From positions 1 through 64,000 of the forward strand of contig RSEE01000102.1 of assembly GCA_003971905.1 (NCBI GenBank): a stretch of DNA of 64,000 bases, read 5' to 3'. The translations under genes and the position numbers were made by a program. This DNA is from Moniliella sp. 'wahieum'. Lineage: Eukaryota. Below, piece after piece: positions 51,405 through 62,760 of this stretch (within the stretch, counting starts at the first letter, position 1; each line of letters begins with the position of its first letter). The notes under the pieces are model-generated. The model was not told where the DNA came from. It worked only from the letters and a program-made list of their open reading frames with translations, and searched no databases.

Positions 51405-51597
51405 CACATCGACTGGCACAGAGCATCTAAGGTTCAGATACCCCGTACCGTCGCGGGTGGGCCGGCGTGGGCGCTGAGTAGCGCGTAGGTATCCAATTAA
51501 CCTTGTGGCGCTTCCAAGTAACCCCCGCAAGATGAACGGTTAGGTTTAGACGTAGCGTTCTCCCTGTCCCAGCCTTACGCTCTGTCAATGAAATGGA
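51405..51597 (+). mobile_element. Short 3'-end fragment related to the RLE non-LTR element at 52490-52867
   Basis: 51516-51576 is the reverse complement of 52521-52581 (60/61 identical); similarity extends to AATGAAATGGA and only weakly upstream. Confidence 0.7.
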
Positions 51598-52489
51598 CGC
51601 GATCTAGAGAGAGAGGATGTTGCGGTGCGGGTGCGGGTGCCGGTGGAGCGCAGGTATTAATGGCGGAATGGTGCCCCGCCTGGGCCTGCATGCACCAGAT
51701 GATGACGGATTCCCGATTCATCTTCACCTTCAAGTCTTTTGCTAGGAAGTTATTGTGCTAATCATTTACAGCGCTTCAGGATCAGGCTCAGTGCTCAGGA
51801 CATGTGACGGCAGAGATCATTGGAGCATCGTTCGTATACATCAGTCGTAGTGTCGTGTCTTCAAGGTTCAATCTTCAAGCTTCAACTAAGCAGTATTCCA
51901 TGGGTACTGTCACGGTTAATTTACGTTACCGTGCCGCTTTAACCGTTTCCGGTTACCCTTCACTTGAAGCTTAAAGCTGAAGCTTGAAGCTTGACCGGCG
52001 ACCGGGGACCCATCATGCATTACTAGTCACTAGTCACCAGTCACTGCACACGACGGACACTTCCATCAGAGCACATATATGATCGTGCACCGTGCACCGT
52101 ACACCATGCGCCGCCAGCGGGCCGGGCGGGCTCATCGCGCTCATCGATCATCGCCTTTCGCGTGCTCCTCCATCCACAAACAAAAGGAAGACAAGACACG
52201 TATCCATAGCATATCCAAGCACACTGAGATCTGAGAGTAAACGCGCTATACTGAGAGAAAAGGGCGCTACTGGGAGAGAGAAGATGCTACTGAGTAGGGC
52301 GAATCGAATCACGCTCAGCTCTCACGCTCCTGCGGCAACCGGTAAGGTACAAGTGACTAGTGACGGTAGGTTAACCGGTAAAGCCTAAGGCCTAAGGTAG
52401 AGACGGGAGGGGGGGGCAAGGGAGCTTGTATTTTTGCATTGCGCTGTTTTGGCCCTGAAACAAACCAACCAAAAAACCAAACAAAAAAC

Positions 52490-52867
52490 TAGTAACTTCC
52501 ATTTCATTGGCAGACTTAAGAAGGCTGGGACAGGGGGAACGCTACGTCTAAACCTAACCGTTCATCTTGCGGGGGTTACTTAGGGGCGCCACCAGGGTCA
52601 AGGAACCAGGGGGATCGCCAGGATATCAGGACCCTCCGGCTCATGCCATCCGGTCCCGTACCCTAGGAAGCGCGTATGGACACGGAGGAACGTGGTTGAC
52701 ATCCGAGCGAGGAACCATTTCCACTGAGACTTAGTAGCCAACTCCTTCCAATGCGCAAACAACTTGCTCGCCGTCTTGGTGCCGTAGTATCCTCGCGTCG
52801 TCAAAACCAGGGGGAAAAACGTCTCTTGAGTGCGTCCCTGGTACTTGGCGTTCTTCTCGCATTCTGC
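52490..52867 (-). mobile_element. 5'-truncated CRE-type non-LTR retrotransposon: restriction-like endonuclease C-terminus + 3' UTR
   Basis: EKNAKYQG..FFPLVLTTRG....LFAHWK...WFLARMSTTFLR matches the KxxKY / FxPLVxSTxG end of RLE ORFs; stop at 52598-52600 followed by ~100-nt UTR. Confidence 0.75.
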
Positions 52868-53626
52868 TATACAAAAACAAAAACCAAAACCAAATAAACA
52901 AAAGACGAAAAGATGAGTAGGAACAACTCCAAAGTAACCGGGTACCGGGTAGCGGGTACCAGGTATCCCAGTTACCTCGGAACCGAGCGTCGAACCGCCC
53001 CCAGCGTCACCACCCCAACTCAAAACCAAACAGAAAAAGGAAAAGAGAAAAGAAAAGAGAAAGAAAAAGAGAAAAGAGAAAAGAGAAAAGAGAAAAAGAA
53101 CCAAAAAAATAAAATAAAACGAGAAGGGTCGCGAGCAGGATGCTCTTTCTCGACCACGATTAGAATCAAGATCAAGATCCAGTCGTCGATGAGTTCTGAG
53201 AACGACGATCCGACTCGGAGAGAGCATTTTGATTGAACATGGGATACCTGCGAAACGCTGCAGAGTGTCCGTCCGTCCGTCCGTGGGCGCGCACCTCCCA
53301 TGCCACATGCCACACTGACACGCGAGGGAGAGACAGAGGGGAGAAGCAAGGTACGAAAGGTTGGTACGTGCGGGGACCGGTGTGCCGGTATGGTGTGGCG
53401 TAGTGTGACATGTGAGGTCACACCAGAGGTGTAACGCGGTGGGATCCGAAATAACATGTAACAGGTCGGAGATTGGAAATTGAGATTGGAAAATCAAGTA
53501 CAAAGGAGACCCCCGGCGAGGAGTAGAGGAAGAGAAGACAGAGAGACGTGTTGTGTCGGACGCTTTCCCCGCGGTGGTTGCAGCCCCCCAATCTCATCTG
53601 TGAGAGAGACACACGAGACACACACG

Positions 53627-55208
53627 TTACAACACCACGACCAGTGCGGCGGGCGCGATAGCCGCCAAGGCCAGAGCGACAGTCGTCATGGGCGAACCAG
53701 CGTCCCTGCTGCCTTGGCAACCGGGGCGCTCGAGGCTGCCGCAGCGGGCGATGCGGATGCGGGGGCGGTAGACCCCCGCCCCAAGGTGGACGAGGAACCT
53801 GTTGATCCCAAGAGCTGGATCCCGAAGCAAGGTTGCGAGAAAGGGAAGTGTAGTCGCCCAAGCTAGGACCCTTTGGGTCGCCCACCTTGGCCAGACCACC
53901 ATCAGTAATATAAGTGCGCCGCGTTTGGGCAGGATAGTGTCTACGTTTTCCACCTCGTATTTTGGTCCAAACTGGTTCTGGTACCACGGCAAGCCGAGAA
54001 CATCTGGTACACAGTTAGGCTTGTACTTGACCGAGGAGTTGCCTAGGTCGTAGTAGTATTGCTTGAACGCCTGGACTGCTTGGTCCTTGGTTTCGTGCAT
54101 CAGAGTGTTGATCCCTGGTGCACTTGCGTTCGTCGCCCATGCCGCATACTCCCCCGTGACCTTATCGTACGTCGTGCCCTTGCAGCCGGCCAGGTCTTCC
54201 GTGCCACTGCCGTCCTTCAGACACCAGTCGTCGGCCTAAGGCAACGCCAAGCCAACAATCAAATGGGGAACCGTAGTAGGGATCGGGAGTAAGGACGGGG
54301 TTAGTCAACCGTAACCAAAGAAGGGGAGAAGTAGGGGAGAAGCACAAGGGAGAAATAAGGTAGAGCAAGGGGACGTACATCACGGTTCCACATCACAGCT
54401 TGCATACCCAGCACTTCCTTGGCGATAGCGCGGACGCGGTTATCCAAGTCTCCCTCGGGTGGGCGCCAGTACATGGGCACCTTTCCCGTGTACTCGTAAA
54501 TCAACTGCATGGTCCAGGCGAGATCGCCCAAGATCTGGAGATCGGTCTTGCTAGTCTGGATGGAATGGGAGAACGTGTGGACGCCCAAGTGGATGAGATC
54601 GTGGGTGGAGATCATTGCCTTCATAGCAGCGGGACTGTTGAGCACATTGAACCCAATCAAAAAGTGCGTCGAAGGTTGCTGGTGCGCACTCAAAAACTTG
54701 GCTAGGTCCGGCGAGTACTGCGACGGGCCATCGTCAAAGGTTAGTGCTACCACATGGTCCGGGGTAAGGTACAAGTCGCCATTAAAGCAGTTGGTAATGG
54801 ACCAGTTGCACACGTTGCTCGTGTCCGTTCCGGGCGGGTACTCAATCCCAGCGTCAGACGCATTGGTCTGAGGGATGGAGGGGATCAAGCCAGCGGCCTT
54901 CTTGGCATTGTACCGCTGCACCCAAGCGTCCGGCAAGTCCTTCCTACCGGGCGCCTGGGGCGTGGTTGGCTCGGGTACGGCTTGCCGTTGGGCGACATGG
55001 CCCGGGCGAAGGGGCTGGACCGCCTTGGAAGTAAGGCTTGACGCTGGCTTGTTGCCGACGGTGGTGCACGGGCTGGTGGTGCGCATGCCCGCGCTCAAAT
55101 AGATAGGCAAGTTGGTTGCCGCGCTCCCGTGTCGGCCGCCACGGGTTGGGTGATGGCCGTGGCAGCAAGCAGGGCGGTGGCCAGAGCAGCAAGCTTGGTA
55201 GAACCCAT
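53627..55208 (-). CDS. Chitin deacetylase (CE4), secreted and probably GPI-anchored; intron ~54378-54237
   Basis: Signal MGSTKLAALATALLAATA; ALTFDDGP, GVHTFSH, YWRPPEGDLDNRVRAIA, WNRD|ADDWC, LMHE; hydrophobic C-terminus VALALAAIAPAALVVVL*. Confidence 0.92.
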
Positions 55209-57022
55209 CCGAGTCGCTGGGACGGAAACGAATGTAGTGGTGGGGGGGGGGGGGGGAAGTGGGGAGGAGAGAGAGAGAGACAGAGGAAGAGGAAAAGAGA
55301 ATAAGGGGGAGAAACCGATGGCGGGGGAGAGCGGGCAGAGGGCAGCGCCAGGTTCAAGTACGCTGGCAGACTCCCGAGCGGCGGTACGGCCGGTTGGGAT
55401 GGCAAATGGTCGGTGGTTGAACGTTGATGGTCGATGGCTAGTGGCTAGTGGCTGGACAAGCGATGTGCGCGACACACTGCCCGTAGAAGAGCCAGGCGGG
55501 TGACCAGCCGAGCAGCACGCCGTCACGCGTCACGCGTCTCGTCTCCACCCGCCCGTCCCTGCGTCCACACGCCCAGCTGCCCCCCTGCCCGTGCGGGCTG
55601 AGCAGGGCGCCGTGGCCCAAGCTTGGCACGCCGCAGCACCCTGTCGCCGCCGCTCCGATCAGAGTGCCTAGTGCCTAGTGCTGGGGCCGCAGCGACCGGT
55701 GATCCGTCAGCGGGTACCTGTCCTCCGGTACACTGGCGCCCCGCCCTGCCCTGGCGGAAGTTTAGTAAATGGCCGATCCGGGCGCGGACACTGGTGCTGT
55801 GCCCTTTGGTGCGACAGGGCGGCAGGCTTGGCGCATAGACGGCCTACTGCCCTGAGGCTCAGGCTGGAGACGGCGGAGGCGGCTCGACAGGCGATGCGGG
55901 CCTTGGCATCCAATATCCGCTGCCGATCAGTACTGAGACTCAGTACTCAGTACACTCAGTCTCGTGTGCCTGCAGCCCTGGCCTCCGCCTGGGCCACTTG
56001 GGGTCCCTGGTCCTGGGAAATGGGAGATCTGAGATGATTTTAAGGTTGACATTCTGACATTCTGAGAGCAATATGCAATGCCAGATGCCCAGCATCGGTC
56101 AATCGATCAAGAATCCCTCAATCATCAACTCTCGACAAGATTCAATCTTCAAGCTCCAGCTCCAACGTATAACAGTGACTAGCCGACTGCCTGACTAGTA
56201 GTGCCTCTTGACTTCATCCATCGACGCTAGCACAAAGGAGAATGGCACTGGCACTCGAAATCGGCTCGCATGCCATGGTTGGGCATTTGAGCCTTGGGGC
56301 GCACGGGCGCTGGCACCCGCCTAGTATCAGCCGGCGAACCGGATTCAGGCTTCCGATCTCAGATCGGCAGTCCTGAGCTCCAAGCCTCAGGCCTCGGGCG
56401 CAACCATATATTACCTCTGGTTTGGCCTACCGGCTCGGCTTCAGTCTGAAGACTGTCGCTGGAGCTCTCGGGTCTGGCCCTGTTTTGGCCTTCTTTTTTC
56501 ACACATGTCCATGCGTAGGTATCCCTTCTCAGACTGAGATCTCAAGCTTGCAAGCTTGCTTTCCACCAGTTGCCTTCCAATAACCCCACTCCTTCTAGTT
56601 GCATCGTTCCAATCCATCTCCTTGCCCTCCCTACTCCCGCCATGCGTCATGTGCCCCGTGCTCCGTGCATCAACGTTGGGGTCACCGGGCACGTGTTGAA
56701 TCCACCGTGGACGGTCATCGAGGTAGACAGCCATCTCCTGGACGTATACTGGCACTAACGTGACATTTTTCGTGTAATATTAGCAACGTTACGAAAGGGT
56801 TCCTCCTTGGAGCTGGAAGTTTCCCATTGATGGGTAAAAGATACAAAGTGTCCTGTCTAAGATCTGAGATCGGATGGCTACATCAGTTGACAACACCCTC
56901 TCTCGCGGCTGAGGTTCCGCGCGCGTCCCACAAGCCGCGACACCCGCCGTTCTTCAAGCTTCAAGGGGAAGCGTTACGTCGTACCTCTCTGCGTCTGGTG
57001 GGTTCGACCTCCGACCTGAGTC

Positions 57023-58115
57023 TCAGGTCTCTGGGCCCACCCTCCCTGGCGAGAGGGGCGCCGTGCAGGCGGACCCATCAGAGGTGACTCTTAGGCTCGT
57101 CTTTGGAGGTGCTTGGGCTTGCGCTGGCGTTGGGGCTGTCGGTGGCGGTATCACGTCCCCACCCGCCGTCCGACGACATAGACGACAAGGTAATTCGAGG
57201 GGCAACTCAGTCCAGTGCGGGTGGGTAGCGCACCCCCAGTTGACCAACGAGTCGCGCACAAACGTGGGCCAAGGTGGGGTGCGAGGACACACATGCCCAC
57301 CGGGATGAACGACGTGACGGATATTAGCAAAGACCTGAGAAATGCGAGCGGTACGACGCGCAGTCACCATCCGATCCTCTTTCCCTGTGATGGACAGGAC
57401 CGGGGTGGTGAGCTGCCTAGTAGACCCCGAGGGGAACACACGTTGCTGGTCCGGATCGCGGGTGCGGAACCCAGCTACCGCTATGCACAGTCGTAACGGC
57501 GCTTGCGACGGGTGCAGCACCAAGCCTGGCACAGCAGGAACGGTACGGATGTCCCCGCCCACCGGTGGCGTCTGCCCCTGCACCTCTGTCTGCACCTTGG
57601 TCGACCGGACGGGTTGGATCTGGATCTGGCTCTGCTCACACGCAGCAGCAAGCAGGAGTGCCAAGGCGGCGCCTTGGCTAAAGCCGATCACCGCATCGAA
57701 CGGACCGTGCTGGACCATCTGCTGGCTGAGGTACGCGACGGTCGGGTGCCACCCCCAGAGACGGGTGGGGTCCAAGTCGGTGAGACGCCACCACCCGCGC
57801 GCGCGGCGGTCGGGCGGGACGTTGGTCTGGGCTTGGGCGAGGGCCATGAGGTGCGCCTCTTTGGCATGCGCATCGTCCTCGGTTGTCGTGGGTGGTGTGC
57901 TCGGTGTGCTCGGGCGGGAGGCCGAGCTCGGCAGGGGTGGCGTACTGGTCGAGGCCCTGGAGGACGGGCCAGGGCGGGACGAGGTGCGGGGCGTCGAGGT
58001 AGGTGAAGTGGGCGACGGACGCACACGCCTCGGCCCAGGCGCGGGTGCGGCGCTCAAAGACGGCGGCGTTGGAGTTGAAGCCGTGGAGACACAGCACGCG
58101 CAGCTTGCGCGACAT
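57023..58115 (-). CDS. FSH1-family serine hydrolase
   Basis: LRVLCLHGFNSNAAVF, FTYLDAPH, GPFDAVIGFSQGAALA (Ser), ITGKEDRMV (Asp), HPGGHVCP (His). Confidence 0.92.
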
Positions 58116-58573
58116 GCGGGGGAGGCGGAGGTGGGGTGGGCGGGGCACTTCCTGTTCACGCGCTGCCTGCGTGAGGGCAATGGGCAATGCAATGTTCACC
58201 AGGCACACTAGTAGCCTATACTTGGTGATCATCGATCAGTAATCAATCAATTAATCAACGTAATCAAGGGGCTGCCCCGCCGGCGCCACAGGCACGGCCT
58301 CACACGGCTGCGTGCGGCGGGGGCCAGTGTGTGGCGCACGCTGGCACATGCGACCGGTGATGCCGGGGCGCGCACTGCCCCGTGCGTCGGGTGGGTCCGG
58401 CACAGGCGCGTGTTATGTAAGGCAGCCGTAGTCAGCAGTGCAAGTGACGCGTGACTTGGAAATACTGGCTCCAACCAAATGCACTCTCGGGGCCGCCCGG
58501 AGCAGCGCTCCGGCTCCCAGCGGCCTTCTCGCCATCCGCAGCTGCGTCTCCACCACCACCAACTCCCCCCACC

Positions 58574-61487
58574 ATGTCCTCCGCCAGCGGCCGCGTCGGA
58601 GCAGCGAGCGGCATGGCGCCCAGCGCCGACGCTGCCGATGTGCGCGCCAAGGCCAGCCGGCGCGACGATGCGATCCGACGCCGTCTGGATGCGGACCTTG
58701 CTCGTCGGCGCGCTTCGCCCCTCGCATCTCCCCCTGCTCCTGCTCCTGCTCCTGCGCCCGCACCCGCCGCTGCCGACCCACGGTCCCCGTCTGCACCCGC
58801 TCCTTCTCCAGCTCCCGCACCGCGCGTCGGCGTCGCTCGCGCCGCCACACCCCTGGGAGCCGTCCAGGCCGCCGCCGATGGCCGGTCCAACGTCGGCACC
58901 GTGCAGAACCTGCGCCCGCTCCCGGCGCTCACCGTGCCCCAGAGCATCACGGTGGCCGATGCGAGTCAGCTGTGTGCGGCCAAGCGGACGGACTGCGTGC
59001 TGGTCGTGGACGACGACGAGCATTTGGCCGGTATTTTCACCGCGAAAGATTTAGCTTTCCGCGTGGTGGCTGCCGGTTGGGATCCGCGTATGACCCCCGT
59101 CAGTGCTATCATGACCCGTAGTCTGTCGTGACCCGCGATACGACGAGTGCGACCGAGGCGCTCAACTTGATGGTCACGCGGGGCTTTCGTCACCTGCCCG
59201 TGTGCAACGACGAGGGGGACGTGGTGGGCTTGCTGGACATTGCGCGTGTATTTTACGGTGCGTTGACCAAGCTCGAACGTGCGCATGGATCGTCGCAAAA
59301 ACTTTATGCTGCACTTGAAGGCGTGCAGACGAGTGGGGTCCTCCTCGGCACACCAACTTCAGTTGCTCGAGTACATTGAGACGTTACGCCACCGCCTTGC
59401 CTTGCCCGATTTGGCTAGCGTGCTTGACGCCCGCACCACCCCTACCACCGTCAGCGTTCGTACCACGTCCGCGACGCGGCTCGGCTCATGAAACAGTACC
59501 GCGTCACAGCGGTGTGCGTGATGGATACCACCAGTCCCACCGCTCAGTACCACCCGCACGGCGTCACCTCGGGCAAGGTGGCAGGGATCTTTACGTCGAA
59601 AGATGTGGTTTTGCGTGTGATTGCTGCTGGTCTCGATCCGCGCAAGTGCAGTGTGGTACGGGTCATGACGCCCCACCCGGATACCGCTTCGCCCACATTT
59701 CCATCCAAGCGGCGCTGCGCAAGATGCACGATGGCCATTACCTCAACCTACCCGTGGTGGATGACGAGGCGCTTGGTGGGCGTGGTGGACGTGCTGCGCC
59801 TGACATGGAAAACGCTGGAACAAATCAACAGCATGAACGAAGATGCTACCGATAGCGTTGCGGGCGATGGCGCCAGCAGTCTTACCGGCAGCAAGGCCGA
59901 AGCTGGACCGATGTGGAACCGATTTTGGAACTCGTTTGCCCATACCGGTTCGTACGTCGGCGAAGACGAAGCGGGGGACGAATCGATGAGCATGTCGGCA
60001 TCTGGTCTCAGTAATGCCCAGCACCATTCCCACCATCGTCACCATTCTCACTCGCAACGCTCTGGCTTACCTGTGCCCTCGCGCGCCGACCCAACCAGCA
60101 GCCGTACCAGCCCGGGATCCCTTTCCCGCCCACCCCGGGCCACGTTACACCGGACCCGTCCCGCTCTGCCCCCGGGCAGGAGGTACAGCTGCCTTGCCGC
60201 CCAGACACGCCAGGGAACGAAACGGGCACCGACTTGTACCCTGGCGACAGCGCCAGCGGCATAGGTGCTCGTCGGGCGCGCGTTAGCTTCTGGTCCGGCT
60301 GGTGCGCGTGCCGGGCCCTCGCTCGACCCTGTTGCCGCCCTGGCTACTGCCGTCCCGCTGGATCGATGGGAACCATGGGATTGCCCAACGAAACGACGTT
60401 CCTGTTCAAGTTCACCACGCCTAGCCAGCGCACACATCGGTTCGCTGCACCGGGCGATAAGTTGGCGGCGCTTCGGTCGGTCGTGGTGGCCAAGTTGGAA
60501 GCGGATGAGTTTTTCCGCGTCGCGCAGGTCTCGGTCCCGGTCCCTGGAGGCAGTTCTTCCAAGTCAAAGGCCCAAGCCCAAGCTAAGAGTAAGACCAAGA
60601 CGGGCAAACCCAAGACCAAGGCAAGACCGAACCGAGTGATCTTGTACCTGCGCCTGTACCTGCCTCTGCCTGATCCTACCGACTTCACACTAGCCTACCA
60701 AGACGATGAGAACGATATGGTGGTGCTCGGGTCGGACGCGGACGTGGTCGAAGCTGTGCGCCTAGCCCGCACAGCAGGGACCGGTCGCGTCCTGCTCTTC
60801 CTCCAGGGGGGGTCCGTCGTGGCACCCCAAGCGCAGCCAAGCCACTCGCGCGCCACTCACCTTTCGCACCAAGGTTGACAGCGTGACGGAGGAAGACGAA
60901 GCTCGGTCCTCCCACCTGCGCTCTGCCACTTCAACCTCAGCTTCGGCATCGGCATCTTTGTCCTCTCCCCGTCCCGTTCACACGGAAAAGAAACATCTCC
61001 CCGCCCAGCGTGCCGCCCCTGGCTCAGTCTTCACACTACGCTCGGACGCCAAAGCCGGCCCCGAGCCCCCGACTCGGCCCAAGATTCCGACTCCGACTCC
61101 GATCGGACGCTGCATCCGAAGTGCGCTGCGGTCGGGTCTGCGTCAGGTTCTGACCCGCACTCGGATTCGAACTCCGAAACCGACTGGCATGGGAGGGGGG
61201 AAAGAAAGTGGGCAGCAAATCTCTCCGTCGCGGGAGGGGATGGTAGGGGGGGTAGGCACCGCGCCCGTCGCGCACGGCACAGCAAGTTGGCCCGAGGGTG
61301 GGACGGCCAAGTGGACGAAGACGAGGACGAGAATGATGAGGACGATGAGATGAAGATGAGGAGGACGATGATGAGAAGGATGCGATGTCTTGGGCTTTTG
61401 TCGAGAGAGTTGGCTTTGCCTGCGGCCATTGGGTTCTTGGGCGTCGCAGTCCTCGTTGCGGTTGTCGTTGCCCGTCCGCGGGCTTGA
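58574..61487 (+). CDS. CBS + PB1 domain protein with C-terminal TM segment (Mug70-like), frameshifted
   Basis: SRRDDAIRRRL, VADASQLCAAKRTDCVLVVDDDEHLAGIFTAKDLAFRVV, GFRHLPVC, GIFTSKDVVLRVIAAGLDP..SVVRVMTPHPD, GPMWNRFW, FLFKFTTPSQRTHRF, LAYQDDENDMVVL (PB1), LPAAIGFLGVAVLVAVVV. Confidence 0.92.
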
Positions 61488-62245
61488 TGCCATCCCCATC
61501 AGCCTGCTGGGCGATCTGGGTCGTTCCATCTCCCCTCTCCTCTCTCCTCTCTCCGCTCTGATTATGATCTCTCAAAGCTAACCCCCCTGTTCGCCCTTAC
61601 TCAAAACCTGAAACCTGATTCCATCGCGGCTACCCCACGGTGGGCGGTACCCCCCCTCCCCACCTCGCGCGCCGGGGCCTGGCTCGGGGCTCCGCTCTGC
61701 TCCCCCCCTTTGTGGGCCCTTTGTCCTGCGCATTCGATATATCCCCTATGATTACCATGAGCAGTTACGAGGACTGAGGATTGAGTGGTGGACGGGCTAG
61801 TAGGAAGTAGCGGGCACCTTGTTTCGTGGTTCCTGGAAGCAGGAAGGAGGAGGAGTCCCTGGCCTCTCACTTTGGCTCCGTTTGCGCGGTGTCCAGAACG
61901 GGATCTTACCGTGTCCTGGCCGGCGGATGGACAAGGACAGAGGGCGTTCAGAGAGAGAACTGTCCGTGTTTGGAGCTACTAGTACTGTGCACCACCACTG
62001 AGCTGGTGGATAGATGTGGATGTTAGTCGTTGCAGGCCCGCCCTCGTCGAAGGCGGAGGATCAGAGAGCGGCGCCCACCGAGGGAAAGGCTCAAATCGTG
62101 GCAAAGAGAGATGGGGTGGACATGTACGCCGCTGGTACCAACAAAAATGCCCATATCGCAGCTGTCTCACGTCCGGTTGGGACGCGGCCAGAGGTAAGCG
62201 CTAAGCGTGTACTGCTGGGGAGAGGCGACAGGTCTATGGTCTTTA

Positions 62246-62760
62246 CTTGGTCATTCTGTAGCCGAACGGGACTGCAGCCTTGGGCCCTCGTCGGATCTGA
62301 CACTGCACAGGTACCACTGGCCCTGTCAGTTCGTCATTCTATAGGCGAGCCTTACTGCCGCCTCTCGTGCCCTCGGCCTAATAGACAACTGGGCCCTGCC
62401 TTCCCCACTTGGTGAGTACTAGTCATTCTTCATCCCAGCCGCGCTGCAGCCTTGTGCCCTCGAGCTGACAGTGATCAGGTGTCACTAGGTAGGCTTCTGT
62501 CGCCGAACGGGACTGCAGTGTCGGGCCCTCAATCTGACAATGACCAGGTCCCACTGGCCGCTTAAGTAGGTATTCTATATAGGCGAGAGTTACGCTCACA
62601 ATGCTCACTTAGTCAATGTACTTCCGAGCTGGTCTGCTCTCTGGCGCTTCGCACTGAGAGAGCCACTTGTGCGCACACTAGAGACACTGGCGCCCACGCT
62701 TAGTTAGTGGATGTAGTATTGCAGAGCTGGCCTGCCCTGAGGTACCTCTCTCCGAGAGCA
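62246..62760. repeat. Degenerate 70-90 bp tandem repeat array, with related units at ~63100-63280
   Basis: Recurrent TAGTCATTCT..GCCGAACGGGACTGCAG..GGGCCCTC..CTGACA..CAGGT.CCACTGG and GCTCAC..TTAGTCAATGTA..CCGAGC.GG.CTG.CTCTG units. Confidence 0.65.

Noticed and set aside
51516..51576. Core resembles the U6 snRNA 3' region (CCCC..CGCAA.GATGA.ACG..AGCGTTC), or a telomerase template on the other strand (CTAAACCTAACC)
   Set aside because: No ACAGAGA box, AGC triad context or oligo-T end, and it is not an exact TTAGGG template; context is better explained as a retroelement 3' UTR
51497..52600. Inverted repeats read as the TIRs of a 1.1-kb MITE
   Set aside because: No TSD, and the right copy is continuous with an RLE-like ORF lying outside the supposed element
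56441..56850. ORF containing AVYLDD, like an RT catalytic motif
   Set aside because: No other convincing RT motifs in the correct order; probably chance
62246..62760. CRISPR-like array
   Set aside because: Units are long and degenerate, with no identical repeats or unique fixed-length spacers; eukaryotic context and no cas genes
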